From assembly GCA_036336855.1 (NCBI GenBank), contig JAYZFI010000031.1:8240-72239 (forward strand): a DNA stretch of 64,000 nt, given 5' to 3'. Shown one piece after another: positions 1 through 10,215 of the stretch; within the stretch, counting starts at the first letter, position 1; each line of letters begins with the position of its first letter. Origin of the DNA: Candidatus Latescibacterota bacterium (GTDB taxonomy: Bacteria; Latescibacterota; UBA2968; UBA8231). The position numbers and the translations under genes are program-made. Below the pieces are notes generated by a model. That model saw only the letters and a list, made by a program, of their open reading frames with translations. It was not told the origin of the DNA and did no database searches.

Positions 1-3
1 GCG

Positions 4-1884
4 ATGGCGCGAGCTGCGCCGGGGAGAATTCGCGTGAACCGATTGTCCGAGAGTCTCTTTCACCTCGCGGGGGACAGCTGCAACATCTATGTCGTGCGGC
101 CCCCGGAGGGCAAACCCATCCTCATCGATTGCGGCACCGATCTCACCCCACAATCGCAGCGCGCCGGTGAGCTGTCACCCGTGGGGACAATTCTGCTCAC
201 CCACTATCACCGGGATTCCTGCGCCACTGCCCCATCGTGGCATGCCTGTGGCACCCGGATCGTGCTCCCGTTTGCTGAACGGCGTCTGCTCGAGGAAGGA
301 GACCTACTCCGCGCCTCTTTCGACGTCTTTAACAACTACACATCCTATGCTCCGTGCTCCGGTCCCCTCACCGATCTACCCAGTCCGCACTACGCCCACG
401 ATTACGAGACCGTGACCGAGGCCGGGATAGATTTTCGTGTTGTTCCTCTTCCCGGACACACCGTGGGATCAGTGGGCTATCTCTTCGAACTGGATGGTCG
501 CCGCGTCTTGGCCTGCGGCGACCTACTGGCAGCTCCATCCCGCTTGCCCGAGTACCACTGGCTGCAGTGGAGCTACATGAACTTCCAGGGTCACGTGAAT
601 CTGCTCGAGAGCCTGCGCACGGTGGCAGAACTGGACGTGGACCTTGTGCTCCCGGGGCATGGTGCTCCCTTCGCTTGGGACCGAGTCGCTCACGAGCACC
701 TCGTGGGCCGCCTCGAGCAGATCTGGGAAATGTTCGAGGGGCGCCCCTTTAGGTACTTTTCACCGGAGTTTCGGCAGTTGGGTCCTCGCGTGTGGGAGGT
801 CTGCAATACCAGCGCCCGGACCTATGTCGTCGTCGACGGCGAAGGTCACGCCGTCCTCATCGACTCCGGGTATGCCTCGGCATCGCCGATCACGGCCAAC
901 CCGCACCGCTACATTGACCACCTCACGTCGTCGATGGAGTCGGAGCTTGGGGTCCGCCGCGTCGAGTACTTCCTTCCCACCCACTACCACGACGACCACC
1001 TTGCCGGTTACCCGACCTTGCGTAGCCGCTACGGCACACTGATGGCCTGCTCAAAGGTGACGCAGGCTCTGATCGAACAGCCCCAGAATTTCGACATGCC
1101 CTGCCTACTGCCTCGGGGATTCATCGTGGATCACGTCGTGGCGCCGGGCCAAAGCTTGCGCTGGCGCGGGGTAGACTTCGAAATCCACGCCCATCCTGGC
1201 CAGACCCTCTACGATCAACAGATCTGCTTCGAAATCGCAGGCGTGCGCTACCTCGCCATTGGAGATGCTATCTCTGGTAAGAGCTTCTCTTCCGACGCGC
1301 CCCATTTCATCCACAGCTTCATCCCAAAAAACCGTACACCTCTTTCTAGCTATGGGAGGATTCCGCGCAATTTAGCGAAGCATGCTCCCGACATTCTGCT
1401 CACCGGCCACGGAGGGGGACTACTCTGGAAAGAGTCGCAGATATCGAAATGGACGAGTTGGATGGACCGCTGGCAAGAACTCTTCGAGTCCGTTGTGCTT
1501 CCGGAGCACGGGGACCGATCTATGGATCCGAGATGGGTGGAGATAGTCCCCTATCGCTTTAAGGTTCAACTAGGGGAGCACGTCGACCTCACCCTTCGAA
1601 TCACCAACCACGAGCCAGGGGAGGTGGAATGCGCCGTCGAGCTGCGCTCAGTGCAAGGGGTGGAGGTCTCGCCGGCTGCCCTGCAACTAAAGGTGCCTGC
1701 GGAAGGCGCTTGCGTAACATTCCGGCTACGCTGTACCGGATCCGTCGCCAGCCACTGCATCCCCGTCATCGCCGACGTCACCTGGAACGGGGAGCGACTT
1801 GGAGAAATCGGTGAGGCCGTTGGTTATTGGACTGCGCCTATCTCAGGACCCGAGTCCGATGGGCTATCCACTTGTGAGTACTGA
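4..1884 (+). CDS. MBL-fold metallo-hydrolase with two tandem MBL domains and a C-terminal beta-rich tail
   Basis: 626-aa ORF. N-terminal half has LLTHYHRDS (HxHxDS variant) and LPGHTVGS. Central part has the canonical LPTHYHDDH (HxHxDH), HAHPGQT and LLTGHGG. The last ~130 aa (VEIVPYRFKVQLGEHVDLTLRITNHEPGEVECAVELRS...) look Ig/beta-sandwich-like. Confidence 0.8.
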   Translation: MARAAPGRIRVNRLSESLFHLAGDSCNIYVVRPPEGKPILIDCGTDLTPQSQRAGELSPVGTILLTHYHRDSCATAPSWHACGTRIVLPFAERRLLEEGDLLRASFDVFNNYTSYAPCSGPLTDLPSPHYAHDYETVTEAGIDFRVVPLPGHTVGSVGYLFELDGRRVLACGDLLAAPSRLPEYHWLQWSYMNFQGHVNLLESLRTVAELDVDLVLPGHGAPFAWDRVAHEHLVGRLEQIWEMFEGRPFRYFSPEFRQLGPRVWEVCNTSARTYVVVDGEGHAVLIDSGYASASPITANPHRYIDHLTSSMESELGVRRVEYFLPTHYHDDHLAGYPTLRSRYGTLMACSKVTQALIEQPQNFDMPCLLPRGFIVDHVVAPGQSLRWRGVDFEIHAHPGQTLYDQQICFEIAGVRYLAIGDAISGKSFSSDAPHFIHSFIPKNRTPLSSYGRIPRNLAKHAPDILLTGHGGGLLWKESQISKWTSWMDRWQELFESVVLPEHGDRSMDPRWVEIVPYRFKVQLGEHVDLTLRITNHEPGEVECAVELRSVQGVEVSPAALQLKVPAEGACVTFRLRCTGSVASHCIPVIADVTWNGERLGEIGEAVGYWTAPISGPESDGLSTCEY

Positions 1885-2230
1885 CCCGCCGGTGTCACTG
1901 GGCGCCGCAGCCGTTCGGGAAAACGACCACGACCCCCCCGACTTCCCTAATTGGGATAGGACCTCAGCTCCTGGTCTTTCCTGTTCTGCATCTACTACAA
2001 GCGCTGCTTGCCTACCGAAAAGCAAGTTGTATGATGAGTCAGGCGTCAACGACGCTCGCGAGTTGGCTGACGCCGAAATGGACGAAATCATAGGCTGCTG
2101 CGCTTTCGTAAACGGCCGCGAAATCGCCGTTCGCCTGCCCTTCCTGCACGTCCTCGGTATATTCGATCGTTTCCCCATGCCTTTCGCACACCCAAACTGG
2201 CTAGTTTCATAACCACCCAGTGGGGACCTC

Positions 2231-3640
2231 TCATTCGCTAGCATAACTCTGGCGACTGGCGGCCAGTTTGTTCAGGCCGTTGAGGGCAGCGACCCGGTAA
2301 CCCTCGGCAAAGGTGGGGTAGTTGAAGATCTGATCGATGAAGTAGTGGGCTCGGGCATGGAAGTCGATGGCTACTTGGCCGATGTGGACCAGCTCGGTCG
2401 CATTGGTGCCAATGATGTGCACTGCGAGTACTTCCAGGGTCTCCGCGTGGAAGATGAGCTTGAACATGCCCGTGCTGTCACCGGCGATGGGTCCTCGGCC
2501 CAGTTCGTAATAGTAGGCCAGGCCCACCTGAAAATGCACCCCCTGATTTTCTAGCTCCTCTTGCGTGGGACCGATCCCTGCGACTTCCGGGATCGTGTAG
2601 ATCCCGTATGGGAAGAATTCGGGGAACTGCCCAGTCTTGAGAGAGAACGCGTTGCGCACGGCAAGGCGGCCCTGCTCCATGGCGATGGAGGCCAGGCTGC
2701 CTCTACCGATGACGTCTCCTGCTCCATAGACCCTGGGATTGTCCGATTCGAACAGGGCGTTGACGGCAATGTACCCGTTCTCGTCGATGTTCACTCCGGC
2801 GCGCTCCAATCCTAGTTCTTCTACGTTCGCCTGCCGGCCCAGGGCATAAAACAGGCAGTCAGCGCGAAATACTTCTCCCGTCGTCGTTTCCGCCTCGGCG
2901 CCGCCGTCCGCCCCCCGTCCGATGCGGACGATGGTGCGACCCATCTGCAATTGCACCCCTATCGCTTCGATGTAATCTCCGAACTTACGTCCCACCTCCG
3001 CATCGAGATGCGACAGGGGCCGATCCGCCCTGTCGATCAGGATGACGGCCGTGCCCAGGGCGGCAAACATGGTGGCATACTCCGAACCGATGACGCCGCC
3101 GCCAAGTACGAGCATGGACTGGGGCAACTGCTTCAGCCGCAAGAGGCGATCGGAATCGAGGATGGTGTCCTGGTCGAAGGGCACATCTCCCGGATTGCGG
3201 GGGCGGGATCCTGTAGCGACGAGGAAACGCTCTGCACGGATCTCGTGAGTCTGGTTCCTCTTGTCGTCGCAGACGGTCATTGTATCCCGATCAATAAAGC
3301 GCGCCGCCCCGGAGACATACCGGATGTCGTTCTTGTCAAACTGGCGGGCGATCAGGCAATTCTGGTCCTCGACCACTCGCCTCACGCGGTGGTCGAGATC
3401 CTCGATGGAGATCTGCTCTGCCGCCGCTGAGGAGCGGTCGCAAAAGCCCCTGAAATCGAGAATAGCTTCGCGCAGGGTCTTGGAGGGAATCGTGCCCTGG
3501 TTAAGACAGGCGCCTCCAAGTTGGTTGAGGCGGTCGACGACGAGCGCCCGCCGGCCCACCTTGGCCGCTTGGATGGCACCCTTCTGCCCCGCGGGTCCGG
3601 CGCCGATGACGGCGAGATCTGTCTCTATTCTCTCGACCAC
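2231..3640 (-). CDS. sthA: Soluble pyridine nucleotide transhydrogenase-like flavoprotein (SthA family), paralog 2
   Basis: 469 aa. FAD fold DLAVIGAGPAGQKGA. GGACLNQGTIPSK has a single Cys and Thr in place of the second redox Cys, as in E. coli SthA GGGCTHWGTIPSK. C-terminal FNYPTFAEGYRVAALNGLNKL closely matches the SthA C-terminus. Confidence 0.7.
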   Translation of the reverse strand: MVERIETDLAVIGAGPAGQKGAIQAAKVGRRALVVDRLNQLGGACLNQGTIPSKTLREAILDFRGFCDRSSAAAEQISIEDLDHRVRRVVEDQNCLIARQFDKNDIRYVSGAARFIDRDTMTVCDDKRNQTHEIRAERFLVATGSRPRNPGDVPFDQDTILDSDRLLRLKQLPQSMLVLGGGVIGSEYATMFAALGTAVILIDRADRPLSHLDAEVGRKFGDYIEAIGVQLQMGRTIVRIGRGADGGAEAETTTGEVFRADCLFYALGRQANVEELGLERAGVNIDENGYIAVNALFESDNPRVYGAGDVIGRGSLASIAMEQGRLAVRNAFSLKTGQFPEFFPYGIYTIPEVAGIGPTQEELENQGVHFQVGLAYYYELGRGPIAGDSTGMFKLIFHAETLEVLAVHIIGTNATELVHIGQVAIDFHARAHYFIDQIFNYPTFAEGYRVAALNGLNKLAASRQSYASE

Positions 3641-3699
3641 GGTAGCACAGAAACGACCTCGCCCGTCAACAGGTCAAGTCGGAGGCGACCTTCGGGCGG

Positions 3700-5121
3700 T
3701 TAGCTCCAATCGCCCTCGCTGAGCTTATTGAGGCCGTTTAGAGCGGCGATGCGGAAACCCTCGGCGAAGGTGGGGTAGTTGAAGATGGTATCGACGAAGT
3801 AGTCGAGGCGTACGCGGTGATCAAGAGCCATCTGCCCCAACGAGACGAGCTCGGTGGCGTGGGTGCCAATGATGTGTACCGCCAGCACTTCGCGGGTCTC
3901 GGCGTGGAACAGCAACTTGATGAGACCGCGGGTGTCGCCAGCGATGGGACCGCGGGCCATCTCCGCGTATTTCGCTCGTCCAACTAAGTATCGGATGCCC
4001 TTGTCTTTGAGCTCTTCCTCAGTGGGGCCGACGCTGGAGATCTCGGGGATCGTATAGATGCCGTAGGGAAAGAACTCGGGAAAGTGGTGGCTCTTGAGCA
4101 GAAAGGCGTTGCGCACGGCGAGCCGTCCCTGCTCCACCGACGTCGAGGCCAGCGCCGGCGGTCCGATCACGTCCCCAGCGGCGTATATGTGCCCTACGGA
4201 AGTCTGGAACAGCGTGTTTACCGGAAGATAGCCAAGATCGTCGAGCTCGATGCCAGCGCGTTCCAGGGCCAAGCCATGGATGTTTGCAACACGACCCATG
4301 GAGTAGAACAGGCACTCCGCTTCGAGCATTCCCCCCTCCTTATCCACTACCTGGGCGCGCGTGCCATCTGCACCGACCTGCAAGCGATCGATGGATTGAC
4401 CGAGGCGGATCGTCATGTGCGGCATCTGTGAGATGAAGTCGACGAAGGCGCCAGCGATCTCGTTGTCGAGCATGCGCAACAGATCGTCGCGGCGATCCAT
4501 GAGCATCACGTCCACGCCAAGGGCAGCAAACATGGTGGCGTATTCGCAGCCGATGATGCCCCCGCCGAGGACGATCAGCGATCGTGGAATGTTATCCATG
4601 TTGAAGACGATGTCGGAGTCAACGAACAGCCCGTCCGATTCAGGCAGGTCGATGGGATGTCTCGGCCTGGAGCCGGTGGCAATGAGGATCTTGTCGGCTT
4701 CGACGCGGGCGGTCACGGCACCGTTCTGGTCGGCAACCTCGATGGCATGGGAATTGGCGAAACGAGCGGCGCCAAAGACGGTGGCCACATCGTTGGCGGC
4801 ACACTGTTGCGCCAGCGTCTCATTCTCGTCTTCGATCACCCTCTTCACGCGGATACGCAGATCCTGAACCGAGATGTCCCCGAGCTGGCGCACTTCCTGG
4901 CCGAAGTGGGTGGACTGGATGAAGCCGGTCAGGTCGAGGATGGCACTGCGTAGGGTCTTGGAGGGGACCGTACCCTGATTCAAACAGGCTCCGCCGAGCA
5001 CCCCTAGCCGGTCGACAATGACGACCGTCTTGCCCGCCTTGGCAGCCTGAATCGCCCCCTTCTGTCCGGCCGGACCAGCGCCAATGACGGCGAGATCTAC
5101 CTGCAGCGTGTCATTCACCAA
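3700..5121 (-). CDS. sthA: Soluble pyridine nucleotide transhydrogenase-like flavoprotein (SthA family), paralog 1
   Basis: 473 aa. Same motifs as its neighbour (DLAVIGAGPAGQKGA, GGACLNQGTVPSK, FNYPTFAEGFRIAALNGLNKL). Collinear with the adjacent paralog along the whole length. Confidence 0.7.
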   Translation of the reverse strand: MVNDTLQVDLAVIGAGPAGQKGAIQAAKAGKTVVIVDRLGVLGGACLNQGTVPSKTLRSAILDLTGFIQSTHFGQEVRQLGDISVQDLRIRVKRVIEDENETLAQQCAANDVATVFGAARFANSHAIEVADQNGAVTARVEADKILIATGSRPRHPIDLPESDGLFVDSDIVFNMDNIPRSLIVLGGGIIGCEYATMFAALGVDVMLMDRRDDLLRMLDNEIAGAFVDFISQMPHMTIRLGQSIDRLQVGADGTRAQVVDKEGGMLEAECLFYSMGRVANIHGLALERAGIELDDLGYLPVNTLFQTSVGHIYAAGDVIGPPALASTSVEQGRLAVRNAFLLKSHHFPEFFPYGIYTIPEISSVGPTEEELKDKGIRYLVGRAKYAEMARGPIAGDTRGLIKLLFHAETREVLAVHIIGTHATELVSLGQMALDHRVRLDYFVDTIFNYPTFAEGFRIAALNGLNKLSEGDWS

Positions 5122-5141
5122 TTCTCTCTCCTGTTCTTACC

Positions 5142-6542
5142 TCAGGCAAGGCTTTCCTGTTCCGTGACCTGCCGCTGTCCGCTCTCGCGCTCCTCTGCAA
5201 CGACGATCTCCGCCGGCCGCTCACCGGCCTCTTCCATGCGCCGCAGCAGGCGCCGCTGCATGACGTCGGCAACGCCGCGATGCGACGTCAATCCCACGAG
5301 GTTGTCCAGCTCGTACGGGTCGGAATGCAAGTCGTAGAGGTACTGCTCGTGGTAGCGATCGGATCCCGGCTGGTCCTTCGCTCCCTCAGCGTCGACGCCG
5401 TACTTCCAGCGCGCTGTGCGCGCGGCGCGCCCGGTTTGTGCTTCACTGATCTGCACGAAGACCTCTTCCGGCCAATCGCGCTCGGCACCCTCGCGCCGCA
5501 CCAGCGGCAGGATCGAGCGACCCTGCATCTGCTCAGGCACATCGATACCGGCGGCGTCTAGCAAAGTGGGCGGCAGATCGATGAGGCTCACCAGCTCGGG
5601 GATCTGTCCCCCGGCGACGAAACCAGGACCGCTGAATACCGTCGGCACCCGAATCGAGCTCTCGTGACATGAGCGCTTGTACTCCGAGTTGCGTGTCTTG
5701 AAGTGACAGCCGTGGTCGGAGGTGAACAACACGATCGTGTCCTGTGCGAGGCCAAGGCTCTCCAGGGCATCGTGCATTCGGCCGTAGGCCTCGTCGAGAC
5801 GTTTTACCATACCGAAGTAGCCACCCAAATGCTGATGGCTCGATCCGCTCAGGGCGGCCAGATCGGGCGGCATCCAGCGACCGGTGTAGCGCTCGCGGTA
5901 GCCATGAGGGGGCGGGTAGTCGTCGACGTGGTTCTGGTGGTGCGGCTCGATGAAGGAAATGAACAAGAAGAACTCGTCCTCACGATGCCCGTCGATGTAG
6001 CGAATCGCAGCGTCGGTTACGGCGTCAACACGATAGCCTGGCAGGAGAACCGCTTGCCCGTGGTCGTCGTAGAGCACGGTGTCGTAGGCGTCGGAGGTAA
6101 ACTCCAGCACGTTGGAAGCCAACCAATAGTCGTAACCGAAACGCGCCTCTGGTGGCACCGGACCGATGCACTCGCGCTCGTGCAAATGCCATTTGCCGAT
6201 GTACCCGGTGTCGTAGCCGGCGTCTCGGAAATAGTGCGCCAACGTACGGCTATTGGCGGGTAGGGGAATGGCGTTGCGGTAACACCCCGTCGTAGTGGCG
6301 TAGAGGCCGGTCTGCAGGCAAGAGCGCGCGGGTCCGCAAACTGGCTGGCAGGAGAAGGAGTGGGCCACGTGCGTATGGGCCCGCGCCACGTGGTCAAGGT
6401 TGGGCGTGAGCTCAAGGGGATTGCCGTGCAAACCCATAGTGTCCCAGCGCTGCTGATCGGTGAAGAACACGACGACGTTGGGACGTCGCCCCGCGTCGCG
6501 AGTCCCACCCTTACGGCCCTGTCGTACATCTTGGCCACTCAT
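5142..6542 (-). CDS. Formylglycine-dependent sulfatase (arylsulfatase family)
   Basis: 466 aa. N-terminal VVVFFTDQQRWD. Sulfatase signature C-x-P-x-R-x4-TG is present as CGPARSCLQTG. Also GKWH and LFTSDHG motifs. Confidence 0.85.
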   Translation of the reverse strand: MSGQDVRQGRKGGTRDAGRRPNVVVFFTDQQRWDTMGLHGNPLELTPNLDHVARAHTHVAHSFSCQPVCGPARSCLQTGLYATTTGCYRNAIPLPANSRTLAHYFRDAGYDTGYIGKWHLHERECIGPVPPEARFGYDYWLASNVLEFTSDAYDTVLYDDHGQAVLLPGYRVDAVTDAAIRYIDGHREDEFFLFISFIEPHHQNHVDDYPPPHGYRERYTGRWMPPDLAALSGSSHQHLGGYFGMVKRLDEAYGRMHDALESLGLAQDTIVLFTSDHGCHFKTRNSEYKRSCHESSIRVPTVFSGPGFVAGGQIPELVSLIDLPPTLLDAAGIDVPEQMQGRSILPLVRREGAERDWPEEVFVQISEAQTGRAARTARWKYGVDAEGAKDQPGSDRYHEQYLYDLHSDPYELDNLVGLTSHRGVADVMQRRLLRRMEEAGERPAEIVVAEERESGQRQVTEQESLA

Positions 6543-6804
6543 GCTCGGATCTCCGTCTCCAGTCGCAGGGGTCGGCCCGGACTGGCGGTTTGATCTATGC
6601 TCACGCGGCTCTGACGTCCTGCCATGGCATTGCCCGGCGGCTCTACCGTTTTACCGGCAACTCGCCTTCATTGATGACCACACGAATTCGCATTTTACCT
6701 CACCGATTCGAGGGGCAATCTCGAGAGTGCCTATGACGCAAGATGGGAGACTGCACTGGCCCCTCAAGCACGCAGATCACTCTCACTCACTGTGGACGCC
6801 CGGT

Positions 6805-8130
6805 TCAAAGCTCGTCCCTTGAGGCGTTGGCCTGCCTCTCCAGCTCGCCCGTGATGACGGTGATCTCACCACTCTGCAGCGCCTTGACCACGGCCTGCGA
6901 GATGAGGCGACGCACTGCCTCGTAACCGACGGCCGAGGGCTCGGCCTTGCCGTAGCCGAGCAACTTAAAGACCTGCTGATAGCGCGGATTCTCAGCAAAA
7001 TAATCGTCCAACTGGGCCGCCGCACTCTTGCGGACCGGAAAGTAGTTGCTGGCACGTACCCAGCGCGCCTGCTGCGCCGGCTCTGTGAACCACTTTAGGA
7101 ACAACCAAGCAGCCAGCTGCTCCTCCGGTGTGGACGGACACATCGATACACTGGCACCGTAGAAATTCACGACAGGCTTAACCGTGGAGTGGGGCGGTGG
7201 CGCCACGTTCCACGAAAACCCGATGCCTTCGTCGATGGCGGCCTGCACGAAGAGTAAGCCCGAGGAGGAGCGCAGCACGAACAGGCTGCGCCCACCGACG
7301 AACTCGGTTTGATCGCCGTAAGGCTCGCCCATGAGCTCCACAGCTCCCTCCGCGGCCAGGTCCCTCATCAGCGTCAGCGACTGCTGTACGGCATCGGTGT
7401 CGAGAGTGTAAGTGCTGTGATCGGCGCCCATAAAGCTGCCGCCCCGAGAAAACACCTGAGTTGCCAAGCGGGATGCGTCTTCATCGAGTACGAAGCCGAG
7501 GCTGCGAGAGGGATCGTCATTGCCAGTGAAGGGCGTCTCTTTTGCCGCTCGGCACATGATCGCGAAGTCCTCCCAACTGGCCGGCGGTCCGTCGAAACCA
7601 AGCTCTTTGAGCCAGTCCTGGTTGTAGTAGAGGATCTCGATGGAGCGGTTCGGGGGGAAACCGAGTTGCTTGTCCCCGTGGCGATCCTGGGCGATGAAAG
7701 TGTCGAAGAAGTCGGCCCGTTCCTGGGCACTCAAACCCCATTTGGCGGACACCATGTAAGGACTGAGGTCGACGACGCCGTCGGCGGTATTGTAGACACG
7801 CGCTTGATTCTGATAGGCAACGACGAGGGTCGGAAGCTCGCCTCCTTGTAGTCCTACCATCATTTTGTTGTATATGTCGCCGTAGCGTCCCGCGAACTCG
7901 CCATGCACACGGATCTCGTGCTCGTTGCTCGCATTGAACTCCTGGATCATCTCCGCCAGGGCTTCTTCACGCTCGCGGGTGTGCTGGTACCAGAACACGA
8001 CCTCCTGACCGTACGGGTCGACAGCTTCCAGATCCTGAACAGGCCGAGCGCCGCCGGTCTCCCGCGCACCCTCACCGCAACTCGATAATATCAGCGCCAC
8101 CAGCAACAGACCGAGTGCGGTTGCGGTCAT
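6805..8130 (-). CDS. ABC transporter substrate-binding lipoprotein (carbohydrate-type, family 1 SBP)
   Basis: The track ORF runs to 8541, but the upstream part overlaps the permease gene. An internal ATG at 8130 gives MTATALGLLLVALILSSCGEG (lipobox LSSC) and an ATGA overlap with the permease stop at 8127. The body resembles sugar-binding SBPs. Confidence 0.8.
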   Translation of the reverse strand: MTATALGLLLVALILSSCGEGARETGGARPVQDLEAVDPYGQEVVFWYQHTREREEALAEMIQEFNASNEHEIRVHGEFAGRYGDIYNKMMVGLQGGELPTLVVAYQNQARVYNTADGVVDLSPYMVSAKWGLSAQERADFFDTFIAQDRHGDKQLGFPPNRSIEILYYNQDWLKELGFDGPPASWEDFAIMCRAAKETPFTGNDDPSRSLGFVLDEDASRLATQVFSRGGSFMGADHSTYTLDTDAVQQSLTLMRDLAAEGAVELMGEPYGDQTEFVGGRSLFVLRSSSGLLFVQAAIDEGIGFSWNVAPPPHSTVKPVVNFYGASVSMCPSTPEEQLAAWLFLKWFTEPAQQARWVRASNYFPVRKSAAAQLDDYFAENPRYQQVFKLLGYGKAEPSAVGYEAVRRLISQAVVKALQSGEITVITGELERQANASRDEL

Positions 8131-8966
8131 CCTTTGAGTCCCGACATGGAGATTCCCTCTGTGAATTCCTTCTGGATCAGTCCGTACACCACGAGAACGG
8201 GGATCGTCGCAATTACCGCCCCCGCCATTTGCAGGTGGATCTCCGGCCCCGCCTCGGTGACAAACTTCTGTAGTCCCACTGAGATCGGCCGCCAAGTCGG
8301 CGAATTCGTCACCAGCAGTGGCCAACCCAGAGCATTCCACGAGCCAATGAAGGTAAACATCCCCACTGTGAGCAGAGGAGCACGGCACAGAGGCACCACG
8401 ATCTGGAAGAGAAAGCGCAGATGTCCTGCTCCGTCGATCCGCGCCGACTCCCACAGTTCGTAGGGGACACCTCGCATGAACTGACGCAGCAGGAAGATAC
8501 TGAAGGCGCTGGCCATGAACGGCACGGTCAGAGCGGGCCAATTATTGAGCCAGCCCATGGGAGAGTGCTCGTGCAACCAGGAGACGATGAGAAAATTGGG
8601 CACCATAGTCACCGTCTCCGGCACCATCAGAGTCGCGAGAATGACGACGAACACTACCTCTCGACCCGGGAAGCGGATTCGCGCCAACGCGTAGGCTGCC
8701 ATGAGACAGAACAGCAAGGTCGCCGACACTTGCAGCAGAGCGATGATAACAGAGTTGGCGAAGTATAGGCCGAAGTCTTCTTCACTCCACGCTGTGATGA
8801 AGTTCGACAACTGCAGCGAATCGGGGACTAATACCCGGCGCACCGTCTCCCCTCGGGTCATGAAGGACGACAGGATCATCCACACGAAGGGAAAGCCGGC
8901 AACGATGGCGGCAACCGAGAGTCCGGCGTAAGTGAGGCAGTTTCCCAGTGAGCGAATCGCCACCAT
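8127..8966 (-). CDS. ABC transporter permease (MalG/carbohydrate type)
   Basis: 279 aa, multi-TM. EAA loop ESARIDGAGHLRFLFQIVVPL. Operon with the SBP and a second permease. Confidence 0.85.
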   Translation of the reverse strand: MVAIRSLGNCLTYAGLSVAAIVAGFPFVWMILSSFMTRGETVRRVLVPDSLQLSNFITAWSEEDFGLYFANSVIIALLQVSATLLFCLMAAYALARIRFPGREVVFVVILATLMVPETVTMVPNFLIVSWLHEHSPMGWLNNWPALTVPFMASAFSIFLLRQFMRGVPYELWESARIDGAGHLRFLFQIVVPLCRAPLLTVGMFTFIGSWNALGWPLLVTNSPTWRPISVGLQKFVTEAGPEIHLQMAGAVIATIPVLVVYGLIQKEFTEGISMSGLKG

Positions 8967-8971
8967 GCTCC

Positions 8972-10075
8972 CTAGTCTCCGTAGAACACGCGGCGGCCAA
9001 GCAACCGGTTCTGCAGCACCGTGAGCCCGAGGATGGCAAGGAATAGCACTAGGGCCAAGGCCGAGGCATAGCCCGCGTTATGGTACTGGTAGATCTGATC
9101 GAAGATGAGAACGCTTACCACGTCCACGGAATCCTGGGCGCCAGCGGTGCGCATGATGTAGATGTGGTTGAAAGCCTTAAAGGTCCCGATTACCGCCACT
9201 AGGCTGATGAAGAACAGGGACGGCGATAACAGGGGCAGGGCCACGTGACGGAAAACTTGCCAGCCGCTGGCTCCGTCAATGGCAGCCGACTCGAAGTATT
9301 GCCGAGGGATGGCACTCAAGCCCGCCAGCAAGATCACCGTATCGTAGCCTATGTAGACCCAGATGTTGTAGAAGATGACACAGGTGAGGGCAAGGCTGGG
9401 GAAGAGAGCGTCGATCCACTCCGGATGGACGGACACGCCCAGTCCCCGCAAGAGCAGGCCCGCCACCGATTGGCTCTCGTATAACCAGCGTTGCTGCTCG
9501 AAACCAAGGTAGGTCCAGACACTGTTGGCGATGGAACCGGGATTGGGACTGAAAATCGTGCGGAACACCACCGCCGTGGCGATCATCGGCGTGATGTAGG
9601 GCAGGAAGTAGAGAACCCGTAGCAGACCCCGCGCGGTCATGATGCGGAACAGCAGGTAGGCCAGCAGTAGGGCACCTCCGACCTCCGAGGGAATTGTGCC
9701 CACCGCGTAGAACAGAGTGACCTTGAAAGCGTTGAAGAGACGTGGGTCCCCGCTCTGGATCATTCCCACCAAGCCAACGACACAGGTCACCAGCCCAAGC
9801 ATGCCTACGGCGGCCGCGTGACCTCTGCGCCTGCGCAGAGCCATTGAAGTACCGACACCAGCGATGCCGACGACGAAGATGGTCAGAGAGAGGGGATCGC
9901 CAAGCGCCCGGGCATAATGTTTGAAGCCAATCAGGGCTTCGCACTTGATCCGCCATTGATGCAGGCTGACGACGAAGGCGTATCCGATGGGAAAGATGCC
10001 GAAGACGCCGAGTACGATCAGGGCCGGTGCCATCAGGGCCCAGGCGATGGCGGCCTCCCGGCGTTGATCGATCAT
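8972..10075 (-). CDS. ABC transporter permease (MalF/carbohydrate type)
   Basis: 367 aa, multi-TM. EAA loop ESAAIDGASGWQVFRHVALPLLSP. Confidence 0.85.
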   Translation of the reverse strand: MIDQRREAAIAWALMAPALIVLGVFGIFPIGYAFVVSLHQWRIKCEALIGFKHYARALGDPLSLTIFVVGIAGVGTSMALRRRRGHAAAVGMLGLVTCVVGLVGMIQSGDPRLFNAFKVTLFYAVGTIPSEVGGALLLAYLLFRIMTARGLLRVLYFLPYITPMIATAVVFRTIFSPNPGSIANSVWTYLGFEQQRWLYESQSVAGLLLRGLGVSVHPEWIDALFPSLALTCVIFYNIWVYIGYDTVILLAGLSAIPRQYFESAAIDGASGWQVFRHVALPLLSPSLFFISLVAVIGTFKAFNHIYIMRTAGAQDSVDVVSVLIFDQIYQYHNAGYASALALVLFLAILGLTVLQNRLLGRRVFYGD

Positions 10076-10215
10076 GGGATCCTAGTAAGGTCCGCTGTCC
10101 TCAGATTGTCAATAACTACTGAGGTTTACGAGGCCTCTTAGAACTGGATGAAATGGAGATTGCGTGCCATCGGTGACGGTGGTAGGTTGGCTCATCTGCA
10201 GTCATACACGGGAGA

